Part shown: positions 20,920-32,600 of the stretch, piece by piece
Layout: each line of letters starts with the position of its first letter
Numbering within the stretch: position 1 is the first letter of the stretch
Assembly (NCBI GenBank): GCA_965208835.1
Contig: OZ242358.1
Location: forward strand, 4,448,001-4,512,000
DNA: 64,000 nucleotides
DNA from: Candidatus Latescibacterota bacterium
GTDB lineage: Bacteria > Latescibacterota > UBA2968 > GCA-2709665
Direction of reading: 5' to 3'
Translations under genes and position numbers: made by a program
Notes under the pieces: generated by a model
Databases searched by the model: none
The model's input: the letters and a program-made list of their open reading frames with translations, nothing else
Told to the model about the DNA's origin: nothing

Positions 20920-23166
20920 TTACGCACCCTGTCCAAAGGCCGCGGCGAAGATGAGGAAGTCGGAGAACCCCACCTCACCGTTCCCGTCGAGGTCGAAGCG
21001 CGGGTCGTAACCGGCCTCGCCGCGGCTGTATCCATACTTCGCCGCGAACGTGACGAAGTCGCCAAAGCCCACCTCGCCGTCGCCGTCCCAGTCCGGGATC
21101 CAGGATGTACGGGTGGTGTGAGGTGACGTGTCCCATAGTTCGATGCGGGCCCTGGAAAGGGCCACTGCCAGTGTCCGGCCGTCCGGAGTAAACGCAATGG
21201 AAGAGATAGAGCCCGGATGGTTATACGACTCCAATACTTCTTCCCTACGCACGTCCCACAGGTAAATCGTGCCACGATCCATCACGGTTGCCAGTTTCCC
21301 GCCGTCAGGTGAAAACGCCAGATGCGTGGCGAGGGCCGAATGCGTTCTGGTGAGCACGGCGACCTGGTGCCACGCCGCCGTGTCCCACAGCCTGACGGTC
21401 CTGTCGAAACTGCCCGCCGATGCCAGGAGACCGCCGTCGGGTGAAAACGCAATCGATGCTATCACCTCCGTATGCCTGTCAAGCACGGCGACCTCCTGCC
21501 TGGCGGACACGTCCCACACCCGTACGGTCCGGTCCCGTCCCCCCGATGCCAGGAGACCGCCGTCGGGAGAGAACGCCAACGTTCTGATTTCATCCGTATG
21601 CCCGTCCAGTACGGCCACGGCTTCCCGCCGCGCCACGTCCCACACCCGTACGGTCCCGTCCCGTCCCCCCGATGCCAGCAGTCCTTCGGGAGAGAACGCC
21701 ACCGATTCGATCGTTCTCTTATGCCCGTCCAGTACGGCCACGGCTTCCCGCCGTGCCACGTCCCATAGCTTCACGGTTTTGTCCGTTACGCCCGATGATG
21801 CCAGAAGAACCCCGTCGTGAGAAAACGCCACCGAATTGACGAATTGCGCATCCCCGACCATCGTGGCCACTTCTTCCCGCCGCGTCAGGTCCCACAACCT
21901 GGCGCGACCGCTTTGCCCCCCCAACCACAGTCTGGTACTGTCTCGCGTCCCCATCGCCAGCAGGTCACCACCCGGAAAGATTGCGATATCGTAAATGAAT
22001 TTCGTCTCCACCGTAAGCGTGGCCACGTGATGCGGCGACGCCTGCGCGATAATAAGCCTTCCATCATTAGGCCGGTTCCCTTTAGTATCGACGGTTGTCG
22101 CCGGCAAATTGTGCGAGGTGGGGTATGAAAAGCTCGAATGGGACAGCGACGGGATCACCCCGTCATACTCGAACGACACGACGGCTTCCGTCTCTGCCGC
22201 CACGTCGCGGCACGCCTTCACTTCAGGCGTCAGAGAGCGGTCCTCCGGATTGCCCGTCCACTGGATCACCTGGTGCACGCCGTCGGGATCGGCCACGCGC
22301 CACGACACCGTAAAGCGCTCTGTGCCGGGCGCGTACCACACCGTGGGGCCCGCGAATTCAATCGTCGGATCGGACGTATAGTCTGTTCCCAGGGGTATCT
22401 CCGGATTGAGGAGGGGCGTCACCGCCAGATACCGCGCCGAGCACGCCGACAGCCGATCCGCATCGGCGCCAAACGACAAAATGTAGTCGTTGTCTCGGAA
22501 ATCGTGCCACAACAGCCCGAAGGCGTGCGTCAGTTCGTGGGCGGCAGTGCTGAAAATGAAGGCGCCTCCGACCAACGCTGAACCGCCATACTTGCCTCCG
22601 CTGGCGAGGCCGGCATAACGTCTGCCACCCGTCCCGTGCAGCAGACCGGTGCTGGTGTCAACGACGATGAAGTTGACCACGTTCTTCACGTCAAAGCGCC
22701 GAAATAACTCCCGCTGCACCGGCCCACCGGTTTCCTTGAGATAATACGCGTCGGCCTGGTCGCCGTCCAGACGGTGCACCACAGGGACGCCCGTAGCTTC
22801 CGCCTCATACCGGAACGTCATGTATCCATACCCGTGCGACGCCATCTGTTGGCCGAACCACGCCTGCAGACGCACCATCCTCGCCTTCATCGTGTCCACC
22901 AGCGACTGCCGGTACGGACGGTCGTTCGGTAGAAAGTAGAACATGCGCACCGTGCCCGGTTCGCCCGCGTTCAACTCCGACGACCGCTTGCCCGCTGCCG
23001 GGCCGCCCTCGCGGCGCCAATCCTCCTCATCCAGCAGCACGCAGGGATGCACGCTGTCACCAGGCGAGGACGCTGCGGCGCCCGCGGCCGTGAGGCACAG
23101 CACCGCAAGGCAGCGCGTCGCCAGCCAGATACAGGCGGAAAAACGATGGGTCACGCGTCTCTTCAT
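20920..23166 (-). CDS. Secreted zinc-metalloprotease-like + WD40 + EF-hand/dockerin-like protein (divergent paralog, no Big_1)
   Basis: HELTHAFGLLWHD; tandem near-identical WD40 blades; DWDGDGEVGFGDF. Confidence 0.9.
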   Translation of the reverse strand: MKRRVTHRFSACIWLATRCLAVLCLTAAGAAASSPGDSVHPCVLLDEEDWRREGGPAAGKRSSELNAGEPGTVRMFYFLPNDRPYRQSLVDTMKARMVRLQAWFGQQMASHGYGYMTFRYEAEATGVPVVHRLDGDQADAYYLKETGGPVQRELFRRFDVKNVVNFIVVDTSTGLLHGTGGRRYAGLASGGKYGGSALVGGAFIFSTAAHELTHAFGLLWHDFRDNDYILSFGADADRLSACSARYLAVTPLLNPEIPLGTDYTSDPTIEFAGPTVWYAPGTERFTVSWRVADPDGVHQVIQWTGNPEDRSLTPEVKACRDVAAETEAVVSFEYDGVIPSLSHSSFSYPTSHNLPATTVDTKGNRPNDGRLIIAQASPHHVATLTVETKFIYDIAIFPGGDLLAMGTRDSTRLWLGGQSGRARLWDLTRREEVATMVGDAQFVNSVAFSHDGVLLASSGVTDKTVKLWDVARREAVAVLDGHKRTIESVAFSPEGLLASGGRDGTVRVWDVARREAVAVLDGHTDEIRTLAFSPDGGLLASGGRDRTVRVWDVSARQEVAVLDRHTEVIASIAFSPDGGLLASAGSFDRTVRLWDTAAWHQVAVLTRTHSALATHLAFSPDGGKLATVMDRGTIYLWDVRREEVLESYNHPGSISSIAFTPDGRTLAVALSRARIELWDTSPHTTRTSWIPDWDGDGEVGFGDFVTFAAKYGYSRGEAGYDPRFDLDGNGEVGFSDFLIFAAAFGQGA

Positions 23167-23187
23167 ACCGGCACCTCTCCTTTCGCG

Positions 23188-23930
23188 TCAATCTCCCGAT
23201 GTTCCGGAATTTCCGGATCCGCCGTCTCTGGCAGACGCGTCGCGCTCGATATGCCGCGACAGGATCACGAAATCCGCCCAGTTGATGATGCCGTCGCCGT
23301 TCATGTCCATCCGTCTGTCAAACCCCTCATCGCCCGACCGCAGCCCGATCTTTTCATTCAATAACTTCGAGTCCTCCGCGTCGGCCCTGCCGTCACGGTT
23401 GAAGTCGCCTGACGAGATCATGATGAAGAACAGACGCTCTTCCGTCCGGCCTTCGCTATCGGTCACGGTCAGCGTCACGTCGAAGTCGCCGTGCTCCGTG
23501 GGCGTGCCCTCGATCTCGCCGTCGTCGTTGACGTCCAATCCCGACGGCTGCCCCGACAGCGAATAGGTATAGGGCGGCGCGCCGCCGGAGACGTCCACCG
23601 GTCCTTCCGAAAACGACGCGTTGAGCTCACCGTACATGTCGTTGATCGGCCCGATGACGATGGGCTCCGCCACGCGTATCCAGAACGAACTGCTGGACGC
23701 GTTGCTTCGGGCGTCGGTGACGTACGCGGTGATCTGCCAGGAGCCCACCGCCGGCGGCGAACCGTCAATCTCTCCGTCGGAGGCAATGGAAAGGCCCGCG
23801 GTACTTGCCGTGGGCGACAGACGGTACGTGTAGGGCGGGCATCCGCCGGCGGCCCTCACCTGTATCGAACCGATGGGCTCGCCCTTCGATGCCGCCACGT
23901 CCGAGATGGACCCGACCGACAGCGGCGGGC
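23188..23930 (-). pseudogene. 3' stump of an Ig/He_PIG + dockerin-like gene
   Basis: GGCPPYTY and GGAPPYTYSL Ig repeats, GDFNRDGRADAEDSKLLN; no signal peptide; homologous to the C-terminus of 29602..37041. Confidence 0.75.
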
Positions 23931-24001
23931 AGGCAGGCCGGGCACGGCCTCCTCAGTATGACAGGTTGTGCCGAGACCCGACAGACAGGTCATGCACACG
24001 C

Positions 24002-24191
24002 GGGCAGACAGGAATGTCCGCCCCACCCTAATAAACACATCTTCAGCGTGAGGCGGGCGCCCACAAGGGACGCCCCTACAGTGCCAACTTGGCCGGGTGA
24101 AAACGTGCCGCGAATGGGTCATTCGCGGCACGGCAGAGGTGTTGCAAATTGCGCCGCCAATGTCGCATTTTGCGACAGTTCGAAAGCCACC
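24002..24191 (-). repeat. Conserved 3' tail module
   Basis: REPs 24002-24026 and 24055-24079, hairpin 24104-24132, boxes 24140-24156 and 24161-24177. Confidence 0.85.
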
Positions 24192-26520
24192 TTACGCACT
24201 CTGTCCAAAGGCGCCGGCGAAGATGAGAAAATCCGAGAAGCCTACGATACCGTTGCCGTCCAGGTCGAAGCGCACGTCATATCCGTCGTCGCCCTGACCG
24301 AGTCCGAACTTTTGCCCGAACATGACAAAGTCTGCGAAATCCACCTGCCCGTCGCTGTTGATGTCTGGATTGCCGTGCGCGTGCGCGATGAACACCGCCG
24401 GGGCCAGGCCCGCCGCCCGCGCCTGCACGGTGTTCAGGCCCGCCGCGGAACCCAGCGTCAGCGTCGTGGCGGCGTTACCGCTCGTATCGGCCCTGGCGGC
24501 CCTTGTCGATACCGCGCCGCCGCCTTCGGTGACGCTGAACAAAACCGGTATGCCCGGAAACGGGTCTCCGTGCTGGTCCCGAACCGACACCACGAAAGGC
24601 GCCCCTAACGGCACGCCCGCAGCGCCGCGCTGCCCATCGCCGGACACGATGGTGACGCGCTCGGGACGCTGCCGCACCCACTCCGACGTGTCCCACAGCT
24701 CTATACTGCCCTCGGTGGTTCCCACGGCCAGCACGGACCCGTCGTGCCAATAGGCCAAAGACGTGGGGGACCCAGGGTGCGGCAGCCGCGCGTAGACCTT
24801 CCCCGTGGCGGCGTCGCGCACGATGACCGTGCCCTCGACGCCACCGCTGGCCAGCGTCTCGCCGTCCGGAGAAAACGTCAGAACGTTGACACTCGGCGCA
24901 TGCACGATCTTCATTTCGGCGACCGTATTTCGCGTGGCCACGTCCCACAACGCGATCACATCCGAGGCCGCAGCCAGGGTCCTGCCGTCCGGCGAGGGCG
25001 CAATCCTATTGATACCCGTCACTCCAGGCCGCACGAGGACGCCTCGTACTCTACGCGCGGCACAGTCCCACAGCCGGATGGAACTGTCGTAGGAAGCCGA
25101 CGCCAGAATACTGCCGTCGGGAGAAAACAGCAAATGCTGGACCGGTCGCGAATGCCCTTTGAGGACGCCCGTCATCTCGCCCGTGGCCGCGTCCCACGTC
25201 TTCATCTTGTCCTCATCGAAAAGGGATGCCGAGATCAGCGTCACTCCGTCGGGTGAGAACGCCAGCGCAAGGTTCCCCCACGTATCCCCCAGCGTGACCG
25301 TGCGTTTCCGGGACGCCACGTCCCACAGCCCGATCCAGCCGGTCTCCGTCCCTGCCGCCAGCGTCGACCCGTCAGGCAACAACGTCAGTGACCGGATATC
25401 GCCTTCAATCCCACGCAGCGTGGCCAACTCCTCGAACGTCTTCGTATCCCACAGCCGGACGGTCGTGTCTGCCGATCCCGATGCCAGCATCGACCCGTCC
25501 GGCGAGAGCGCGAGCTCTACGGGTCCTGTGCCGTACCCGTCCAGCGTGGCCACGTGATACGGCGACCGCTGCGCGAACGTCCAACCCGCAAATGCGCCTG
25601 GGTTGCCGCGCCTGTCGACCGCCCAGAATTGGATAAAATGGGACGGTGGGTCCGACAACGTTGTGGCATGTGGGGAAATCCTCCCGTCGTACTCATACTC
25701 GATGAAGGCCTCCTTCTCACCGGAGAATACGCGGCAATCCTTGATTCTGACGATAAAGTCGTTGGCAAAGGGGGGGAACAAGGATCACCAGCTGATGCAG
25801 GCCGTGCGGCGCTTCGACCTTCAGACGCACGGTGATGCGCTCCGAGCCCTCGTCATACCACAGGGGCGACAGCAGCTCCACGGTGGGGTTTGTGTCCCAG
25901 TCCCACCCGAGGGGCACCTGAGCGTTGAAGAACGGCTGCATAGACAGGAACGCCGCGCTGCAAGCCGACAGACGTTCACTGCCGCGGAAGATCGCAAGGA
26001 TATAACCCCCTTCGCGATGGTCGTGCCAGAGCATCCCGAAGGCGTGCGCCAGCTCGTGCGCGGCCACCCAGAACTCGAAACCGCCGGGGACGACCGCCCA
26101 CCCTCCATCCTTACCCCCAGCCGCCCTGCCTGCCGGGGCGCCAAAAGGACCCAGCGCGTCACCCCAGCGATTGTCGATCACGACGAACAGGACCACGTTG
26201 TTCGGATCAAACGCCTCCCGGACCTCCCTTTGCACCGTTGTTGTCGTACGGTCGTCATAATAGCGGTCGGCGTGCGCCCCGTCGAGGCGATGCACAACGG
26301 GCGCGCCGTTAGCGTCCGCCTCATACCGGAACGTCATGTTCCCGTACCCGTGCGATGCCATCTGCTCTCCGAACCACGCCTGCAGGCGCACGCACCGGTG
26401 CTCGCCCCCGGCAACCGCGGGCGAGCCACTGATCGTCGCGGCAGGCACACACAGCAAGGCCACGATGCATCCCGCCAGAAACGGCAGACCGGACAACCCT
26501 CGATTACCCCTTCCTTGCAT
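24192..26520 (-). pseudogene. Metalloprotease-WD40-Ig-dockerin paralog, frameshifted at a C7 tract, with an in-frame N-terminal deletion
   Basis: ORFs 25717..26541 and 24192..25781 join at G7 25770-25776; HRCV is fused directly to RLQAWFG. Confidence 0.85.
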
Positions 26521-26537
26521 ATCCCGCTCCCTGTCAT

Positions 26538-26792
26538 TCAATCGCCGGATCCACCCGACTCACCCGATCCGGAACTGCCCCGCGCGGCCGCGTCGCTTTC
26601 GATATACCCCGAGAGGATCACGAAATCCGCATAGTTGATCGTCCCATCGCCGTTCAGGTCCATCCGGCGGTCAAAACCCGCGTCCGACCTGCGCAGACCC
26701 ATCATCCTGTTGAACAGCTTCGCGTCCGCGGCGTCGCGCCTGCCGTCGCCGTTGAAGTCGCCCGGCAGGGCGACCGTCATCCTGAACGACGT
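26538..26792 (-). pseudogene. 3' stump (dockerin-like domain) of an FN3/Ig gene
   Basis: TSFRMTVALPGDFNGDGRRDAADAKLFN...; begins directly at the end of the REP at 26793. Confidence 0.85.
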
Positions 26793-26998
26793 GGACAGAC
26801 AGGAATGTCCGCCCCGCCCTCGCGCCAGCTTCCTGACAGTGCGGGCGCCCACAAGGGACGCCCCTACACGGGCAACGGGTCCGCGTGATCCGGTACCGCG
26901 AATTGCCAATTCGCGGCACGGCAGCGCCGTCGCGATATGCCTCTCATGTGTAGCAAATTGCGTCGAGTGTTGCATTATGCGACAGTGGGAGGACCATC
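26793..26998 (-). repeat. Conserved 3' tail module
   Basis: REPs 26793-26817 and 26843-26867, hairpin 26896-26916, boxes 26949-26965 and 26968-26984. Confidence 0.85.
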
Positions 26999-29497
26999 TT
27001 ATACGGACTGCCCGAAGGCGTTCGCCAGGATGAGGAAGTCCGAGAACCCCACCTCACCGTCGCCGTTCAGGTCAAAGCGCGCATCGTAGCCGTCGTCGCC
27101 CTGACCGAGTCCGAACTTTTGTGCGAACACGACAAAGTCGCTGAAATCCACCCGCCCGTCGCTGTTGATGTCTGGATTGCCGTGCGAGTGGGCGCTAAAC
27201 ACCGCTGGCGCCAGGCCCGCTGCCCGGGCCTGCACGATGTTCATCCCGGCCGCGGGACCCAGCGTGAGCGACGTGGCGGCGTTCCCGCTCGTATCGGCCC
27301 CGGCCGACGCCGGCCGCACCTTCCCGCCGCCTTCGGTGACGCTGAACAGGACCGGCATGCCCGGAAACGGGTCGCCGTGCTGGTCCCGCACCGAAACGAC
27401 GAACGGCGCCGGCAGCGCCGTTGCCGCCGCGCCCCTTTGCGCATCGCCGGAGACGAGCGTCACGCGCTCCGGACGCTGCCGCACCCACTCCGACGTGTCC
27501 CACAGCTCTATACTGCCCTCGGTGGTTCCCACGGCCAGCACGGACCCGTCGTGCCAGTAGGCCAAAGATTTGGGGGACCCCGTGTGCGGCAGCCGCGCGT
27601 AGATCTTGCCCGTGGCGGCGTCCCGCACGATGACCGTACCCTCGATGCCGCCGCTGGCCAGCGTCTCCCCGTCCGGTGAAAACGCCATAACGTTGACACT
27701 GGGCGCATGCACCATCTTCATTTCGGCGACCGTATTCCGCGTGGCCACGTCCCAGAACGCGATCACATCCGAGGCCGCAGCCAGGGTCCTGCCGTCCGGC
27801 GACAACGCAATCCTTTTTATACCCTCCTCGCCAGGCCGCACGAGGACGCCTCGTACTCGACGCGCGGGCCAGTCCCACAACCGGATGGAATTGTCGTAGG
27901 AAGCCGACGCCAGAACGCTGCCGTCGGGAGAAAACTGCAGGTGCTCGACCGGTCGCGTATGCCCTTTGAGGACGCCCGTCATCTCCCCGGTGGCCGCGTC
28001 CCACGTCTTCATATTGTCCTCATCGGTAAATGAAGACGACACCAGCGTCGCCCCGTCAAGCGAGTACGCCAGCGCCTGGATCCACCACGTATGCCCTGCC
28101 AGCGTGCCCGTGCGTTTTTGCGACGCCGCGTCCCACAGCCCGATCCAGCCGCTGGCTGTCCCTGCCGCCAGCGTCGACCCGTCCGGCGACAACGCCACCG
28201 CGTAGATTCTCTCATCCCCCACGTCCAGCGTGGCCAACTCCTCATAAGTCTTCGTATCCCACAGCCTGACCGTACCGTCCGTCGATCCCGATGCCAGCGT
28301 CGACCCGTCCGCCGAGAGCGCGAGCTCTACGTAGCGTCCTTCGCCGTGTCCTTCCAGCGTCGCCGCGTGATACGGCGACCGCTGCGCGAACGTCCAACGC
28401 CCGTCTCCTTTATTGCCCTGCTTGTCGATCGCCTTGAATTGGATAAAATGGGACGGCGGGTCCGACAGCGTCGTGGCATGTGGGGAAATCCTCCCGTCGT
28501 ACTCATACTCGATGACGGCCTCGTTCTCACCGGAGAATACGCGGCAATCCTTGATTCTGAGGATAAAGTGGTTCGCAAAGGGGGGTGAAACAAGCATCAC
28601 CAGCTGATGCAGGCCGTGACGCGCCTCGACCTTCAGACGCACGGTGATGCGCTCCGAGCCCTCGTCATACCACAGGGGCGACAGCAGCTCCACGGTCGGG
28701 CTTGCGTCCCAGTCCCACCCCAGGGGCACCTCCGTGTTGAAGAAGGGCTGCACCGACAGGAACGCCGCGCTGCAGGCAGACAGACGTTCACTGCCGCGGT
28801 AGATCCCAAGGATATAATCCCCTTCGCGATGGTCGTGCCAGAGCATCCCGAAGGCGTGCGCCAGCTCGTGCGCGGCCACCCAGAACTCGAAACCGCCGGG
28901 GACGATCGCATCCCCACCATCCTTACCTCCACTCGCGATGCCTCCCGGTGCGCCAAAAGGACCCAGCGCGTCACCCCAGCGATTGTCGATCACGACGAAC
29001 AGGACCACGTTGTTCGGATCAAACGCTTCCCGGACCTCCCTTTGCACCTTTGACGACGGCCTTTCGTCATAATAGCGGTCGGCGTGCGCCCCGTCCAGCC
29101 GGTGCACCACGGGCGCGCCGCTAGCGTCCGCCTCATACCGGAACGTCGTGTACCCGTACCCGTGTGCTTCCATCTGCTCTCCGAATAACCGCTGCAGGCG
29201 CACCATCATCGTCTTCATCTTATCCACCACCGACTGCCGGTACGGGCGGTCTTTCGGCAGAAAGTAGATCATCCGCACCGTCCGCGGCTTACCCACGTTC
29301 GGTTCCTCCGCCGCAGCCTTGCCCGCAACCTGTGCGTCCTCGCCTCCCCACCCCTCCTCTTTCAACACCACGCAGTGAAACACGCTGTCAGACCGCACGG
29401 ACGATGCCAACGCCGTGGTCGGAAGCCACAGCATGCCAACAAAGCACGACCCCACCGTCATCCAAGGCATCAGACGCAATACGCACCGTCGCTGCAT
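26999..29497 (-). CDS. Secreted zinc-metalloprotease-like + WD40 + Ig + EF-hand/dockerin-like protein
   Basis: HELAHAFGMLWHD; WD40 repeats; paralog of 17817..20336. Confidence 0.9.
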   Translation of the reverse strand: MQRRCVLRLMPWMTVGSCFVGMLWLPTTALASSVRSDSVFHCVVLKEEGWGGEDAQVAGKAAAEEPNVGKPRTVRMIYFLPKDRPYRQSVVDKMKTMMVRLQRLFGEQMEAHGYGYTTFRYEADASGAPVVHRLDGAHADRYYDERPSSKVQREVREAFDPNNVVLFVVIDNRWGDALGPFGAPGGIASGGKDGGDAIVPGGFEFWVAAHELAHAFGMLWHDHREGDYILGIYRGSERLSACSAAFLSVQPFFNTEVPLGWDWDASPTVELLSPLWYDEGSERITVRLKVEARHGLHQLVMLVSPPFANHFILRIKDCRVFSGENEAVIEYEYDGRISPHATTLSDPPSHFIQFKAIDKQGNKGDGRWTFAQRSPYHAATLEGHGEGRYVELALSADGSTLASGSTDGTVRLWDTKTYEELATLDVGDERIYAVALSPDGSTLAAGTASGWIGLWDAASQKRTGTLAGHTWWIQALAYSLDGATLVSSSFTDEDNMKTWDAATGEMTGVLKGHTRPVEHLQFSPDGSVLASASYDNSIRLWDWPARRVRGVLVRPGEEGIKRIALSPDGRTLAAASDVIAFWDVATRNTVAEMKMVHAPSVNVMAFSPDGETLASGGIEGTVIVRDAATGKIYARLPHTGSPKSLAYWHDGSVLAVGTTEGSIELWDTSEWVRQRPERVTLVSGDAQRGAAATALPAPFVVSVRDQHGDPFPGMPVLFSVTEGGGKVRPASAGADTSGNAATSLTLGPAAGMNIVQARAAGLAPAVFSAHSHGNPDINSDGRVDFSDFVVFAQKFGLGQGDDGYDARFDLNGDGEVGFSDFLILANAFGQSV

Positions 29498-29601
29498 AAC
29501 CGGATCCTCCCTTTTGTCTCATCCCAATGTCACGTCGACAACAGGCTCTCCTTCGTGTTCAAACGGCTTCCGAGACAGGCGTCATCCGTGCCGATCGCAG
29601 G

Positions 29602-32600
29602 TCACGATCCACCGCCGCCGCGCGCGGCCGCGTCGCTCTCGATATACCCCGAGAGGATTACGAAGTCCGCATAGTTGATCGTCCCGTCGCCGTTCAGGTC
29701 CATCCGGCGGTCATACCCCGCGTCCGACCTGCGCAGACCCATCATCTTATTGAACAGCTTTGCATCCGCGGCGTCGCGCCTGCCGTCGCCGTTGAAATCG
29801 CCAGGCAAAGCGACGGTCATTGTAAAGGACGCTTCCTCCTGGCGCTTGCCCTGGTCTTTCACGATCACCGTGACCGTGGCGCTGCCCAACTGCGTGGGCG
29901 TGCCGCCGATACTCCCGCCCGAAGAAATGGTGATGCCCGCGGGGGCGCTTTCCAACGAATACGTGTACGCCCCCCTGCCTCCTGATGCCGACACCTGGAT
30001 CGGGTCCATGTCCAGCTGCCACGTCACCACCACGTCCGATATGGACCCGATCGACAGCGCCCGGCTGACGTACATGGTAAAGTCGGTTTCAGCCGTTTCA
30101 GGTCGAGCGTCGGTGACGGTCACCGTAATGATGAACGTGCCGAGGGCGGTTGGCGCGCCACTGATAACACCCGTCGACGTGCTGGACGAGATTCCGGCGG
30201 GTCTACCAGACGTTGAGAACGTGTACGGCGTTTCACCACCCGAGGCGGACGGTGTAATCGAAGAAATCGTCTTATTGACGTCTGCATCCACGTCGTCAAT
30301 GTCCGCAATCGTTAGCGGCGGGACAATGACCCTGATGATGAACGACTTCTCGCCCGTGCAGCCCGACGCGTCCGTCGCCTCCACCGTCACGTTGAATTCG
30401 CCGCGAACTCCGGGCGCCCGACCGCCGATGCCACCGCCGGCGTCTACCTCCACCCACCCGGGGCCGCTCTTCCTCCGGTACCTATACTGGCCCCTGCCCC
30501 CCGATGCGCTCGCCGTGATCGATGGCAAATCCTTTTTCACCTCCACCGTCACGTCCGACAGCCCGCCCACCGTAATCGTCGGACACGCCACGGTGACTTT
30601 GATCGTCCCGGCGCCGGTATTCCGTTGCTCATCCGTCGCCGTTACGTTGAAGGTGTAGTTGCCGGGCGTCGCGTCTGCAGACGGCGCAACGGTGTATACG
30701 TTGCTCGCCGTCTTTCTCGCCCACGCCAGCCCGACAGGGTTCCCGAACGTCTTCGCTCCGCATCCCCCCGTCGCACTCACGCTCACCGTTGCCGTCCCAC
30801 CGGCCTTCACCGTCACCGGATCCGGGCTCTGCGCGACCGTAATCGCCGGACAGTTCACCGTGACGTTGATCACCCCGGCGCCGGTGTTCCCTTCCGCGTC
30901 CGTCGCCGTCACGCTGAAGGTGAAATTGCCGGGCGACGTGTCCGCAGGCGGCGCAACGGTGTATTGATTGCTCGCCGTCTTTCTCGCCCACGCCAGCCCG
31001 ACAGGGTCCCCGAACGACTTCGACCCGCATCCACCCGCCGCACTCACACTCACAGTTGCCGTCCCGCCGGCCTTCACCGTCACCGGATCAGGGCTCTGCG
31101 TGACCGTAATCGCCGGACAGTTCACCGTGACGTTGATCGCCCCGGTGCCGGTATTCCCTTCCGAGTCCGTCGCCGTCACGCTAAAGGTGAAATTGCCGGG
31201 CGACGTGTCTGCGGGCGGGGCCACGGTGTATTGGCTGTCCGTCCCCTGTTTTTTTGTCACCCACGCCAGCCCGACGGGGTCCCCGAACGACTTCGACCCG
31301 CATCCCCCCGTCGCACTCACGCCCACCGTCGCCGTCCCGCCAGCGGTCGCCGTCACCGGATCGGGGCTCTGCGTGACCTTAATCGCCGGACAGTTCACCG
31401 TGACGTTGATCGCCCCGGCGCCGGTATTCCCTTCCGAGTCCGTCGCCGTCACGTCAAAGGAGTAGTTACCGGGCGACGTGTCTGCGGGCGGGGCCACGGT
31501 GTATTGGTTGTCCGTCCCCGGTTTTTTCGTCACCCACGCCAGCCCGCCCGGATCCCCGAACGACTTCGACCCGCATCCCCCCGTCGCACTCACGCTCACC
31601 GTCGCCGTCCCGCCGGCCTGCACCGTCACCGGATCGGGGCTCTGCGCGACCGAAACGGCCGGGCATACAACCTCGACCGTGAATGAACCTGTACCCGGAC
31701 ACTCGTTCGCGTCCTGAATGCCGACGTTCACGGTATGCGTGCCAGACGCGTCAGGCGCGCTCGTCACGGAGATCGTGCCCCCGGCGTTGATCGTCACCCA
31801 ATCCGGCCCGCCCGTCTTCGTAAACGTATGGTCCGGCTTACCTCCCGACGCCGTCGCCGCGGCCGTCTCGGAGCCGCCTGCCTGCACCGTCACCTTGCCC
31901 GGACCCGCGTATCCAATTGAAGCACACGTCACTCTCACTTTGATTGTCCCCGTGCCGGTATTCCCTTCCGCGTCCGTCGCCGTCACGCTAAAGGTGTAGT
32001 TGCCGGGCGCCGCGTCTGCTGGCGGCATGACATCGTATTGGTTGTCCGTCCCCTGTGTTCTTGTCACCCACGCCAGCCCGCCGGGGTCTCCAAACGACTT
32101 CGACCCGCATCCCCCCGTCGCACTCACGCTCACCGTCGTTGCCCCGCCGGCCTTCACCGTCACCGGATCCGGGCTCTGCGACACTGCAATTGCAGAACAC
32201 GAACGAGGGGTTACCGTAATCCGGAACTGGCAACTCTCAGATGCGCCGTCGCTGTCGTTAACCCTCACCGAGACATCGTAAGCGCCTTCCGGCCCGGCCG
32301 TCCCGGTGATGGTCGCTTTTCCTTTATTCGCTGTAAGCGTCAGCGTCTGTCCCGATGGGCGCACGGACAGCCGTTGGAACGAATACGGTGGAACGCCCTC
32401 CCACGCGCTTGCCGTCGTTCTGATGGCGCCACCCTCCGTTACTGTTATGTCCGAGGGGCACATGATCCCCAACGGCGGCGGCGGGGGACTGACGACGGTA
32501 ATGGTGAATTGCTCGTCGTCGTGATTTCCCGCATCGCCGGTGTCTCTCACCCGCACCCTCACCTCGTGCCTGCCGGGCGTCGACGGCGCCGTGCCGTGGA

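Noticed and set aside
17646-26998. Tail repeats as a CRISPR array
   Set aside because: Repeats are kilobases apart and separated by whole genes; no cas genes
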